A stretch of 38,989 nt of DNA. Origin: Burkholderiales bacterium (GTDB lineage: Bacteria; Pseudomonadota; Gammaproteobacteria; Burkholderiales; SG8-39). The first letter of the stretch is position 1; the number at the start of each line of letters is the position of its first letter. The notes under the pieces were generated by a model. The model was not told the DNA's origin, did not search any database, and worked only from the letters and a program-made list of their open reading frames with translations. The stretch spans positions 1 to 38,989 of the forward strand of contig DATAHF010000187.1 of NCBI GenBank assembly GCA_036263315.1, read 5' to 3'. Shown here piece after piece: positions 23,999 to 32,919 of this stretch. Position numbers and translations under genes: made by a program.

Positions 23999-25050
23999 AG
24001 GCGGGTCAGGTTCTCGGGCGCGGGCTTGAGCTCCCCGCGCTCGACCTTCGTCACGATCTCGGTCAACTTCGCGTGGCTCGGCGCCGGAACGCCGACTTCC
24101 CTGCCTTTGGCGGCGATGAGGCCGTTCATTGCCTCGATCTCGGTGCGCCGGCCCTTGAGGATGTCCTGCGCCATGGAAGGGCGCTGGATGTTGCCGCGCG
24201 GATTGGCGTCTTTCTGCGGCACGAGCGCCGCCTCGACCCGGGCGAGCGCCTGCGCGTCGCCTTCCGAGGCGCGCGCGAAGGTCTCCGGCTCGAGGCCGCG
24301 GATCTTCTCGAGCGTGAAGCCGAGCGCCTGCCCGACGCGGATCGCTTCGCCGGCGAGCTTGATCTGGAAGCGCCGGATCGCGTCGTTCCTCAGGCAATCG
24401 CCCGAGGTGAGCCCGGTCGCGGCGGTGACGCCGTTGCCCATGCCGTTTTGCACGAGCTTCGACCAGCGCTCGCCCCAGAGGTTGGTCGTCGCCTTGGCGC
24501 TGTCGATGGCCGAGAGCCATTGCACGAGCGCTTCGACGCGCGGCGTGAGGCGGCCGTGCGGCTCGCCGACGCGAAAGACGGTGTGCTTGTCGCCGCCCTT
24601 GGCCACTGTGCGCCGTATCCGCGCCGGCTCGTACAGGTCGACCGAGATGAGCGAGGCGATCACACCCACCACGCGCCCCCAGCCGACGATGCCCGCGATC
24701 GTCTCCTCGTTCAGGCAGTTCTGCAGCGAGACGACGAAGCCTTCCGGGGAGAGGTAAGGCTTGATCAGGTGCGTCGCCCAGGCCGTGTCGTACGACTTCA
24801 TGGACACGAAGGCGACGTCGAACGGCTTGCTTGAAAAGCGTTGAACTTCCGTGATGTGGAAAATGGTCCTGATGGGAACGACGAAGCGCTCTTCCGGCGT
24901 CATCCCGTCGAGCTCCAGCCCCTTTTTTCTTATTGTTTCGACATGCTCGGGCCAGGGGTCGATGAACGTGACATCGTGACCCAGGTGCGCGAGCGAGCCC
25001 CCGACGTAGCCGCCGAGGGCGCCCGCGCCGACGACGGCGATCCGCTTCAC
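23995..25050 (-). CDS. 2-dehydropantoate 2-reductase (ApbA/PanE)-family oxidoreductase
   Basis: Rossmann N-terminus (V)KRIAVVGAGALGGYVGGSLA and a ketopantoate-reductase-like C-domain (NLWGERWSKLV, RPSMAQDILKGRRTEIE..NG). The GTG 25050 start overlaps the upstream stop as GTGA. Confidence 0.85.
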   Translation of the reverse strand: MKRIAVVGAGALGGYVGGSLAHLGHDVTFIDPWPEHVETIRKKGLELDGMTPEERFVVPIRTIFHITEVQRFSSKPFDVAFVSMKSYDTAWATHLIKPYLSPEGFVVSLQNCLNEETIAGIVGWGRVVGVIASLISVDLYEPARIRRTVAKGGDKHTVFRVGEPHGRLTPRVEALVQWLSAIDSAKATTNLWGERWSKLVQNGMGNGVTAATGLTSGDCLRNDAIRRFQIKLAGEAIRVGQALGFTLEKIRGLEPETFARASEGDAQALARVEAALVPQKDANPRGNIQRPSMAQDILKGRRTEIEAMNGLIAAKGREVGVPAPSHAKLTEIVTKVERGELKPAPENLTRL

Positions 25051-25709
25051 TTGCTTTTCAGGGATTCCTTCGCGGCAAGCAGGCGTACGACCGGCACCGG
25101 CTTGCCGCCGCTGCGATCCCAGTCGGACTGCGTGACCGTGTCCTCGTAGTAGCGCACACGCAGCGCGCCGAAGATCTTCGGCAGCTCGTTGGGGAAGTAG
25201 CCGTACTTGTCGCCCGTCAGGTTCTGCTTGTTGATGTCGCGCTGGATGCCCTCGACCACGACGATGCCGCCGGGCTTCAACGCGGCCATGACTTTCTTCG
25301 CGTTGCGGTTGAGGTATTCGTGCATGTACATGCCGACGATCAGGTCGTAGCGCTCCTTGCCGTAGTCGAACTTGTCGACGTCGCCGACCGCGGCGTTGAT
25401 CTTGAGGCCGCGCTTCTCGGCGGTTTCCTTCGCCTGCTTGACCGCCACCTCCGAGATGTCGAAGCCGGTCACCTCCCAGCCGAGCGCGGCGAGGAACATG
25501 GAATTGCGCCCCTGGCCCATGCCGATGTCGAGCGCCTTGCCGGGCGTGCGGCCCTTCACCGCCTCGGCGAGGAACTTGTTGAACTTGTGCTCCTTGCCTT
25601 CGCGCTTGGAATACAGGTCGTTCCAGACCTGCTCGGCGGACCTCTTCTTGTCCTGGGCGAGCAGCACGCCGGGCAGGCAAAGCGCCAGCACTACGATCAG
25701 TCGAAGCAT
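25047..25709 (-). CDS. Class I SAM-dependent methyltransferase with an N-terminal signal-peptide-like segment
   Basis: GGAGGA SD. MLRLIVVLALCLPGVLLA|QD, then SAM motif I ALDIGMGQGRNSMFLA and a post-I acidic residue (GFDIS). Confidence 0.85.
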   Translation of the reverse strand: MLRLIVVLALCLPGVLLAQDKKRSAEQVWNDLYSKREGKEHKFNKFLAEAVKGRTPGKALDIGMGQGRNSMFLAALGWEVTGFDISEVAVKQAKETAEKRGLKINAAVGDVDKFDYGKERYDLIVGMYMHEYLNRNAKKVMAALKPGGIVVVEGIQRDINKQNLTGDKYGYFPNELPKIFGALRVRYYEDTVTQSDWDRSGGKPVPVVRLLAAKESLKSK

Positions 25710-25744
25710 GGTGTTTCCTCCTCTGGAATAGAATCTACACCAAT

Positions 25745-26572
25745 ATGGAAATCCGGCCGCTTGCGGGGGCTCTGGGTGCGGAGGTTCTCGGCGTCGATTT
25801 GAAGACGACCCGGGACTGGAAGAAGATCCACCAGATCTTCCTCGATCATTCCGTGCTCGTCTTCCGCGATCAGAAGCTCGAGCCGCAGGACCTCATGGAA
25901 ATAGGAGGGCAATTCGGGCCGCCGTGCCATTACCCGTTCGTCACCGGCATGGAAGGCTTTCCTTTCATCTTCGAAGTGGTGAAGGAGGAGGGCGAGAAGG
26001 TGAATTTCGGCGGCAACTGGCACTCCGATACGACTTACCTGCCGCAGCCGCCGCTCGGCACGCTGCTCTACGCGGTGGAAACGCCCACGCACGGCGGCGA
26101 CACGCTCTTTTGCAACACGCGCGCCGCCTACGACGCGCTCTCCGCCGGCATGCGCTCCATGGTGGACAAGCTCGTCGGCGTCAACAGCGCCGGCCTCAAG
26201 TACGGCGGCGGGCGCACCAGGATGCACAAGAACATCGCCGGCATGAAGGTGCACGGCACGGACGACGCCGACTCCTACGAGTCGGAGCATCCGGTCGCGC
26301 GCACGCACCCCGACACGGGCAAGAAGGCGCTCTACTGCAGCCGCGGCCACACCATTCGCTTCAAGGACATGAGCGAGGACGAGTCGCGCCCGATCATCGA
26401 TTTCCTGCAGGCGCACCAGGTCCGGCCCGAGTTCACCTGCCGCGTGCGCTGGGCGCCGGGCACGCTCACCGTCTGGGACAACCGCTGCACGCAGCACAAC
26501 GCCATCAACGACTACCACGGCCAGCGCCGGCGCATGCGCCGCCTGACGGTAGGACCGCAGACGCCCCGGTAG
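25745..26572 (+). CDS. TauD/TfdA-family Fe(II)/2-oxoglutarate dioxygenase
   Basis: 275 aa with the HxD in GGNWHSDTTY, a distal His in TQHNAINDY and an R in RRRMRR. Typical taurine-dioxygenase-like layout. Confidence 0.92.
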   Translation: MEIRPLAGALGAEVLGVDLKTTRDWKKIHQIFLDHSVLVFRDQKLEPQDLMEIGGQFGPPCHYPFVTGMEGFPFIFEVVKEEGEKVNFGGNWHSDTTYLPQPPLGTLLYAVETPTHGGDTLFCNTRAAYDALSAGMRSMVDKLVGVNSAGLKYGGGRTRMHKNIAGMKVHGTDDADSYESEHPVARTHPDTGKKALYCSRGHTIRFKDMSEDESRPIIDFLQAHQVRPEFTCRVRWAPGTLTVWDNRCTQHNAINDYHGQRRRMRRLTVGPQTPR

Positions 26573-26973
26573 TGAAGGCGTGCTTCCTTCTTGCAGCCAC
26601 GGGTTTTGTTCTCGGTGGGTGTTCTCCTTTCGTTTATCACTCGCCCGAGGCAACGGCGGAGCTGAGAAATGCGATGGAGGCGGCGAACACGGCGCGCGTG
26701 GATGGGCCCGCGAAAGTGAGAATCGCGGCGCGCACCGACTTCTTCGTGCAGCCGGGCGTCGTCTTCATCCCGTCGCGGCAGGCCGAGCGCCTCTTGCGCG
26801 CGATGGGCGAGCGCCCCACGAAGGAGGTGCTCTGCCTGCTCATCTACGCGACGCCCGGCCGGGCGGACCGGACGATCGTCTACTCGAGGAGCCGCCCGGC
26901 GGCCGAGATGCCCGAGGTCGAGCTCTCGGGCTGGAAGGAAGCGCCCGAGCTCTGGGCGCTCAGGCAAAAATGA
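26572..26973 (+). CDS. Putative lipoprotein (133 aa)
   Basis: The GTG 26572 start shares its G with the TauD stop (TAGTG). (V)KACFLLAATGFVLGG|C is a lipobox. GC3-rich. Confidence 0.6.
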   Translation: MKACFLLAATGFVLGGCSPFVYHSPEATAELRNAMEAANTARVDGPAKVRIAARTDFFVQPGVVFIPSRQAERLLRAMGERPTKEVLCLLIYATPGRADRTIVYSRSRPAAEMPEVELSGWKEAPELWALRQK

Positions 26974-26976
26974 TTT

Positions 26977-27173
26977 CTAGAGCTCCTGAATTTCCACTTT
27001 TCGGAACTTGATCGTGCCGCGGCCCCACTGCAGGCCGATCGGTCCGTAGGTGAGCTCGGTGTCGTAGGTGTCGGCCGTCTTCACGCCGTTCAGCATCACC
27101 ACGACCCGCCCGAGCCCGAGCCCGCGCACGCCGCGGCAAGCAAGCTTGCAGCGATGACAGAGAATCGTTTCAT
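26977..27173 (-). pseudogene. Relic of a DUF1080 (3-keto-disaccharide hydrolase-like) lipoprotein gene: signal peptide plus frameshifted C-terminal ~40 codons
   Basis: AAGGGAGG SD, a 7-nt spacer and ATG 27173 give MKRFSVIAASLLAAACAGSGSGGSW*. Another frame continues VVMLNGVKTADTYDTELTYGPIGLQWGRGTIKFRKVEIQEL* (stop 26977-26979), which resembles the conserved C-terminus of DUF1080 proteins. Confidence 0.5.
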
Positions 27174-27210
27174 GTTTGTCCCTCCCTTGGACTGCTTATT
27201 ATAGGGACCG

Positions 27211-28872
27211 ATGAAAACACAATCAGGAATGGCGCTGAGTTTCGCGCTGCTTGTCGCGGCCTGTGCGAGCCCGGCGCCCGTCGTCGAACCCGCAGCCGGC
27301 TGCGCCGGCGTGGTGGGAGACATCCCCGCGTCCGCTATCGGCATTCCGTCCGGAAAAGCCACCGTGCTGAGCGCGGTGCTCGTGCCGGCGTCGCCGCTCG
27401 CCGCGCCGGCGAATGCGCCGCTCCAGCCCGCGCTGCCGCAGCACTGCCGCGTGCTCGGCGAGATTGCGCCGATCGATCCCAAGGCGCCGCCCATCAGGTT
27501 CCAGCTCAACCTGCCGACCGAGTGGAACGGACGCGCGGTGCAGTACGGCGGCGGCGGCTACAACGGCGTGCTGATCACCGGAACGGCGCTCGCGCCCGCG
27601 GGTCCGCCCGATCGTCCCGCGCCGCTCGCGCGCGGCTACGTCACCTACGGCACCGACTCGGGCCATCAGAATTCGCCCGGCGTGCGGCTGCAGGCCTTCA
27701 CGCTGAACGACGAGGCGCTCGTCAATTTCGCGCACGCCTCGCAAAAGAAGGTGAGGGACGTCGCGGTAACCCTGATCGAGCGCCGCTACGGCAAAAAGCC
27801 CGAGCGCCTCTACTACATTGGCAGCTCGCAGGGCGGGCGCGAGGGCCTCACCATGGCGCAGCGCTATCCGGCGGACTTCGACGGCGTCTTCAGCCGCGTG
27901 CCGGTGATCAGCTTCGTCGGCCTGCAGCACGCCGATACGCGAAACGGCCTCGCGCTGATGGGTGCCGGATGGATCGGCCCGGCGCAGGTCCGGCTCGTGC
28001 ACGACGCGGTCCTCGCCGCCTGCGACGCGGCCGACGGCATCGCCGACGGATTGGTGGCGGACTACGCAGGCTGCGCCAGGCGTTTCGACGTGACGAAATT
28101 GCGCTGCTCGGGTTCCATGAGTCCGGATCAATGCCTTTCGGACGCGCAAGTAAAGGCGGTGCAGCTTTTGCACAGCTCGTACACGTTCGGCTTCGATCTC
28201 GCGAACGGTGTGCGCAGCTACCCGGGGCGGCTCTACGGCGGCGAAGCCACGCCCGGCAACTTCCCGGTCGGCGGCTATCGCGCGTGGTTCAGCGGCGATT
28301 CGCCGCCCGTGCTGCCGCCCGCGCCGGATAACGGCCGCGCCTGGCAGTACAGCGGCGGCGGCGTGCAGTATCTCTATGCGCGCGATCCCAACTACGACCT
28401 GCGCGCCTACGACGCGAACAAATTCCGCGCGCGCGTGCAGCAGATGTCGGCGCTGCTCGATTCGACCAATCCGGACCTCGCCGAATTCCGCTCGCGCGGC
28501 GGCAAGCTGATCGTGCTCGAACATACGGGCGACTACGCGCAAAGCGCGCAGGCGGGGTTCCAGTACTACCAGTCGGTGGTGGAAAAGATGGGGCAGGCGC
28601 CCGTGAACGACTTCATGCGCCTCTATGTCGCCCCCGGTGTGGACCATGTCGGCACCGGCGCGCCGGCGAACGTCGACCTGCTCGGCGTGCTCGCCGCGTG
28701 GGTCGAGCGCGGCGAGATGCCGGAAGACCTGGAGGTGGCGCAGCACGATCGCGCGCCGCCTTTCGCGGTCACGCGCAGCCTGCCGCTTTGCCGCTGGCCG
28801 AGCTACCCGCACTACGTCGGCGGCGACAGGAACCGCGCGGCCGGCTTCGAGTGCCGGAAGACGGCGGACTGA
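27211..28872 (+). CDS. Tannase/feruloyl-esterase-family alpha/beta hydrolase, lipoprotein
   Basis: Lipobox LLVAA|C. Family-typical segments FQLNLPTEWNGRAVQYGGGGYNG, YIGSSQGGREGLTMAQRYPADFDGV and PLCRWPSYPHY. Confidence 0.88.
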   Translation: MKTQSGMALSFALLVAACASPAPVVEPAAGCAGVVGDIPASAIGIPSGKATVLSAVLVPASPLAAPANAPLQPALPQHCRVLGEIAPIDPKAPPIRFQLNLPTEWNGRAVQYGGGGYNGVLITGTALAPAGPPDRPAPLARGYVTYGTDSGHQNSPGVRLQAFTLNDEALVNFAHASQKKVRDVAVTLIERRYGKKPERLYYIGSSQGGREGLTMAQRYPADFDGVFSRVPVISFVGLQHADTRNGLALMGAGWIGPAQVRLVHDAVLAACDAADGIADGLVADYAGCARRFDVTKLRCSGSMSPDQCLSDAQVKAVQLLHSSYTFGFDLANGVRSYPGRLYGGEATPGNFPVGGYRAWFSGDSPPVLPPAPDNGRAWQYSGGGVQYLYARDPNYDLRAYDANKFRARVQQMSALLDSTNPDLAEFRSRGGKLIVLEHTGDYAQSAQAGFQYYQSVVEKMGQAPVNDFMRLYVAPGVDHVGTGAPANVDLLGVLAAWVERGEMPEDLEVAQHDRAPPFAVTRSLPLCRWPSYPHYVGGDRNRAAGFECRKTAD

Positions 28873-28873
28873 G

Positions 28874-30850
28874 TCAGCCGCCTTTGGGCTTTTCCACCGC
28901 CGCGGTCTTCTTTTCCGCCGGAGCGGCCTTCTTGCCGCTCGCGGCCGCCTCCACGGTGGCGATCAGCTGCCCGCAGGGCGCGTCCTTGCCCGGTCCGGTC
29001 TCGATCAGCGGCACGATCGCGGCGAGCGGGTTGATGAGTCCTAGGAGCAGCGAGGAGCCGACCTTGCGCGCGAGCGCCTTCTTGTCGATGCCGTAGTCGG
29101 GCTTCACGAACGGGCCGCGCACATAGAGCGGACCGCGCAGCTGGAGCGGCGCCGGATCCTTCGGCAGCGGCACGAGGCTCAGGTCGAGCGTCTCGTCCTT
29201 CAGGCTCACCGTGCCGCCGCCGCCGATGATGGTGTCGTCGGTGTCCACCACGATCACGTCGCTCTTCGCCACGCCCTTGTCCATCTTGAAGGACATCACC
29301 GCGCAGCGCAGCTGCGCCTGCTCGTCGCCGCCGATCATGTAGCGCACGATGTCGAGCACCTGCACGCTCGCGATCTTGAGCGCGAGCTTGCTCATGCTGC
29401 CGCCGTTGGAGTGCAGGTCGAGGCGGCCCGAGGCCGTGCCGAGCATCGCGGCGGGCGAGTTGCCGGTGCCGGCGAGCTTCAGGCGCCCGTCGACCGCGCC
29501 GAAGGACTCGTCGATCTTCTGCGTGCCGGGGACGAGGCGGTTGATGTGCAGCTTCGTGAACGTGGTGTCCATGTTGGTCTTGAGCTGCTTCGCGCGCGCG
29601 TCCACCGAGAGCTTGACGCTCACCTTGCCGTCGGCGACGCCGAAGTTGACCGGGTCGAGCCTGAACTGGCCGCCTTTCATGTCGAGCGTGGCGTCCAGGT
29701 TGTCGAGCGGGAACTTGTCGGCGTTCTGGAAGTGGCCCGCCGTCAGGCGCACGTTGGCGTCGATGCGATTGAGCTTCTCGACGTTGATCGGCTCGCTCGG
29801 CAGCACCTTGCCGGGCGCGTGCGTCGCCTCGGTCGCGCCCGGGCGCGTGCCGACGAAGCCGCCCAGGTCGGCGATGTCCAGGTTGTCGGACTTGAGGCTC
29901 GCCGTGAGGAGCGGCCGCTCGCGGTCGGTCCGTACCGTGAAGTCGCCCGCGAGGTCGCTCGAGCCCACCTTGCCGCGGGTCTTGATGAAGCGCCATTCGG
30001 GGCCGCGGCGCTCGAGGCGCCCGGCGAGCGTGTAGGGCTTGGTGTGCGGCAGCGAGAGCTTGAGCACCTCGCCAAGGGGCGCCATGTTCGAGCCCGAGAG
30101 CGTCATGTCGACGTCCAGGTCCTGCAAGGTCGCCACGCCCGTGAGCGTGCCCTCGGCCGAGGCCTTCGACTGCCCGAGCGTGCCCGAGAGCCGGATCGGA
30201 TAGGGCTTGTGCTCGTCCATGATCTGCAGCAGCCCGCCGCTGTCGCCCGCGAGCTTGAACGAGACGCCGCGGACCGTGCCCGCCGCCGAGACCTTCATGC
30301 CCCAGACCTTCTCGTTCGGTTGGGACTGGATCTGCGCGGTGACGTCGGTGTTGGAAGCGTCGTCCTTCACGCGCACGCGGCTGTCGCGGATCTGCAGCTG
30401 CAGGAGCTCGGGCGAGCGGCCCTTGTGCTCTTCGCCCGGGGGCTTGAGGATCCAGTTGCGCCGGCCCTGCAGGTCGCGCTGAAGCAGCGCCGTGCCGTTC
30501 TCCAGCACGAGCTGGGTGATGACGACGCGGCCGTAGAAGAGGTGCCAGAGATCGACGCGCAGGTCGAGCAGGCCCGCGCTGAACATCGGCTCCTTCTCGC
30601 CCCACGCGGCGTTGGCGAAGGTGACGTTCGCGGCGCGAATATGCGGCTGAAGCGAGAACGGATTGACCGTAAGCGGCCCCTCGATCACGAGCGTGCGCCC
30701 GGTGCGCCGCTCGACCTGCTTGCCGACCCAGCTGCGCGCGCCGTTCCAGTCGTAGCTCGCGAGCCACAGCGCGGCCCCGCCGGCCAGGAGCAATAGTCCG
30801 ATCAGCAGGCCCGCGGCGATGCGCAAGCCGATGCGTGCCGTTTTTCCCAC
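28874..30850 (-). CDS. AsmA-family outer-membrane biogenesis protein
   Basis: 658 aa. N-terminal TM anchor (IAAGLLIGLLLLAGGAALWL) followed by a long beta-rich periplasmic region typical of AsmA. GTG 30850 start. Convergent with the esterase gene, with a 1-nt gap. Confidence 0.88.
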   Translation of the reverse strand: MGKTARIGLRIAAGLLIGLLLLAGGAALWLASYDWNGARSWVGKQVERRTGRTLVIEGPLTVNPFSLQPHIRAANVTFANAAWGEKEPMFSAGLLDLRVDLWHLFYGRVVITQLVLENGTALLQRDLQGRRNWILKPPGEEHKGRSPELLQLQIRDSRVRVKDDASNTDVTAQIQSQPNEKVWGMKVSAAGTVRGVSFKLAGDSGGLLQIMDEHKPYPIRLSGTLGQSKASAEGTLTGVATLQDLDVDMTLSGSNMAPLGEVLKLSLPHTKPYTLAGRLERRGPEWRFIKTRGKVGSSDLAGDFTVRTDRERPLLTASLKSDNLDIADLGGFVGTRPGATEATHAPGKVLPSEPINVEKLNRIDANVRLTAGHFQNADKFPLDNLDATLDMKGGQFRLDPVNFGVADGKVSVKLSVDARAKQLKTNMDTTFTKLHINRLVPGTQKIDESFGAVDGRLKLAGTGNSPAAMLGTASGRLDLHSNGGSMSKLALKIASVQVLDIVRYMIGGDEQAQLRCAVMSFKMDKGVAKSDVIVVDTDDTIIGGGGTVSLKDETLDLSLVPLPKDPAPLQLRGPLYVRGPFVKPDYGIDKKALARKVGSSLLLGLINPLAAIVPLIETGPGKDAPCGQLIATVEAAASGKKAAPAEKKTAAVEKPKGG

Positions 30851-30897
30851 CTTCGTTTGACCGCGAAATTCTTTTCCTGTGCGCGTGTCTTACCTGC

Positions 30898-31440
30898 ATG
30901 GAAAAAATAATCGCCGGAAATTTTCAGACGTCGGTTCAGGCCGACAACGCGGCGCGCGCGCTCAAGCGCGCCGGCTTCCCCGAGTCCGACGTGTTCGTCT
31001 ACGCCAACAACCCGCCCGGGCAGCACGGCGAGCATCCGCTGGGCGGCGACGAGAGCGCCGATCCGGGCTCAGACAAGGCCGCGGGCGGCGCAGCCGCCGG
31101 CGGACTCGCGGGCGCGGCGGCCGGGGCCGCGGTGGGCGGTGCCGTCGGCGGCGCGCTCGGCGCGGTGGCCGGGGCGGGCGTAGGCGCCTACGCCGGCTCG
31201 TTCGGCGGCGCGATGAAAAAGCTCGGCGCGAGCAGCGAAGGCGAGACACTGGAGCGCCGGCCCGCCGGCACCATGGTCGCGGTGCGCCTCGGCGACACGG
31301 CCAACCGTGAGGCAGCCATCGAGAAGCTGAGCGAGGAGAAGCCGGTCGCGATCGAGGAGGCCGACGGCGAATGGGTGGACGGCGAATGGGTCGACTTCGA
31401 CCCGGTCGCGAAGCCCAAGGTGGTCTGGCCTACCTCCTGA
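30898..31440 (+). CDS. General-stress-protein 17M (YflT)-like domain protein with a glycine-zipper segment
   Basis: MEKIIAGNFQTSVQADNAARALKRAGFPESDVFVY resembles a YflT-type N-domain. It is followed by GAAAGAAVGGAVGGALGAVAGAGVGAYAG. Track ORF trimmed to ATG 30898. Confidence 0.7.
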   Translation: MEKIIAGNFQTSVQADNAARALKRAGFPESDVFVYANNPPGQHGEHPLGGDESADPGSDKAAGGAAAGGLAGAAAGAAVGGAVGGALGAVAGAGVGAYAGSFGGAMKKLGASSEGETLERRPAGTMVAVRLGDTANREAAIEKLSEEKPVAIEEADGEWVDGEWVDFDPVAKPKVVWPTS

Positions 31441-32023
31441 GTGCTTCGCGCACGAATTCCAGGCGATCCTGGCCGAAGAACATCTCTGAGCCGACGAACA
31501 TCGTCGGCGCGCCGAACACGCCGCGCTTGACCGCCTCCTCGGTCGCGCGGATGAGCTTCTGCTTCACCTCGAGGTCGGCCGTCATCTGCGTGAAAGCCTC
31601 GGCGTCGAAGCCCGCCTCGCGCAGCGTCTGCGCGACCACGCCCGCGTCGCCCAGGTTGCGGCCGTCGACCCAGAGGGCGCGGAACATCGCGTCCACGTAC
31701 CTGAGGAACCGCTCCGGCTCGCGCACCTGGTAGCCGATCGCGCCGCGCATGAGCGTGAGCGTGTTCAGGATGAAGAACGGGTTCTTGACGAGCTTGACGC
31801 CGTAGCGGCGCGCCCAGCGCTCCATGTCGCCCCACATCCATTTGCCCTTGGGCTCGATCAGCACCGGGCTCTGGTTGCCGGTTGCCTTGAACACGCCGCC
31901 GAGCAGCATCGGCTTCCACGCGATCGCGGCGCGGCACTCCATCGCGATCGCCGGAAGCTGCGTCCAGGCGAGGTAGGCCGTGGGGCTGCCGAAGTCGAAG
32001 TAGAAGTCGACCTGCTTGCTCAT
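31430..32023 (-). CDS. 2-hydroxychromene-2-carboxylate isomerase (DsbA-like thioredoxin fold)
   Basis: VDFYFDFGSPTAYLA and GVFGAPTMFVGSEMFFGQDRLEFV are typical of the HCCA isomerase family. Confidence 0.9.
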   Translation of the reverse strand: MSKQVDFYFDFGSPTAYLAWTQLPAIAMECRAAIAWKPMLLGGVFKATGNQSPVLIEPKGKWMWGDMERWARRYGVKLVKNPFFILNTLTLMRGAIGYQVREPERFLRYVDAMFRALWVDGRNLGDAGVVAQTLREAGFDAEAFTQMTADLEVKQKLIRATEEAVKRGVFGAPTMFVGSEMFFGQDRLEFVREALRR

Positions 32024-32043
32024 CGCTGGGCTATTCTAGCGGC

Positions 32044-32919
32044 GTGGCGACGACCTATCCCGTGCTGCGCTGGCAAGTGGGCGACGTGCGCATCACGCGC
32101 GTGGTCGAATCCGAGGGCCCCACGCCGATCGGCTTTCTCTTCCCCGATTGCCCGCCCGAGCGGCTGCTGCAGCACGCGTGGCTGAAGCCGCACTTCTTCG
32201 GCGACGACGGGAAGCTGCGCACCTCGATCCACGCGCTCATCGTCGAGTCGGCCGGCAAGCGCATCGTCGTCGACACCTGCGTGGGCAACGACAAGCCGCG
32301 CGCGGTGGCGGCCTGGAACAGGCGGCAAGGGAAGTTCCTGGATGACCTCGCTGAAGCCGGCTATCCGCGCGAGTCGATCGACGTCGTCCTCTGCACCCAC
32401 CTGCACGTCGATCACGTCGGCTGGAACACGATGATGCAGGACGGCAAGTGGCTGCCGACCTTCCCGAAGGCGCGCTACCTTTTCGCGAAGAAGGAGTACG
32501 AATACTGGTCGCAGGCGCCGGGCGAGCACGATCGCGCCATCCAGCAGGACTCGGTGCAGCCGATCCTCGATGCGAAGCTCGCCGATCTTGTGGAGATGGA
32601 TCACCGTCTCACGGACGAGGTGTGGCTCGAGCCGACGCCCGGCCACACGCCGGGTCACGTGTCCGTGCGGATTTCCTCGCGCGGCAGCGAGGCGATCATC
32701 ACCGGCGATGTCATGCACCATCCGGCGCAATGCGCGGACCTCGACCTCAGGACGCGCTTCGACGTCGACCCCGGCGCGGCGCGGCGCATGCGGCGCGAAT
32801 TCCTCGAGAAGTACAAGGACGGAAGAGTGCTCGTCCTCGGCACCCACTTCGCCTCGCCGACCTCGGGCCGCATCCTGCGCGAAGGCCCGGCGTTCCGGTT
32901 CGAGGCGGCGGCGCTATGA
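32044..32919 (+). CDS. MBL-fold metallo-hydrolase
   Basis: HxHxDH motif in CTHLHVDHVGWN, with downstream ligands TPGHTPGH and a distal D/H (TGDVMHH). GTG 32044 start. Confidence 0.88.
   Translation: MATTYPVLRWQVGDVRITRVVESEGPTPIGFLFPDCPPERLLQHAWLKPHFFGDDGKLRTSIHALIVESAGKRIVVDTCVGNDKPRAVAAWNRRQGKFLDDLAEAGYPRESIDVVLCTHLHVDHVGWNTMMQDGKWLPTFPKARYLFAKKEYEYWSQAPGEHDRAIQQDSVQPILDAKLADLVEMDHRLTDEVWLEPTPGHTPGHVSVRISSRGSEAIITGDVMHHPAQCADLDLRTRFDVDPGAARRMRREFLEKYKDGRVLVLGTHFASPTSGRILREGPAFRFEAAAL

Noticed and set aside
27223-28812. 529-aa minus-strand ORF opposite the tannase-family gene, and similar antisense ORFs at 33132..34142 and 34593..35675
   Set aside because: Same reasoning: Arg/Ala/His-rich translations with no motifs, fully overlapped by ORFs with clear homology signatures.
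28812-30899. 695-aa minus-strand ORF, and the 461-aa plus-strand ORF 29411..30796, overlapping the AsmA gene
   Set aside because: These are alternative frames of the AsmA locus with Arg/Ala/Gly/Pro-rich translations. The 28874..30850 frame has the TM anchor and AsmA-like sequence.
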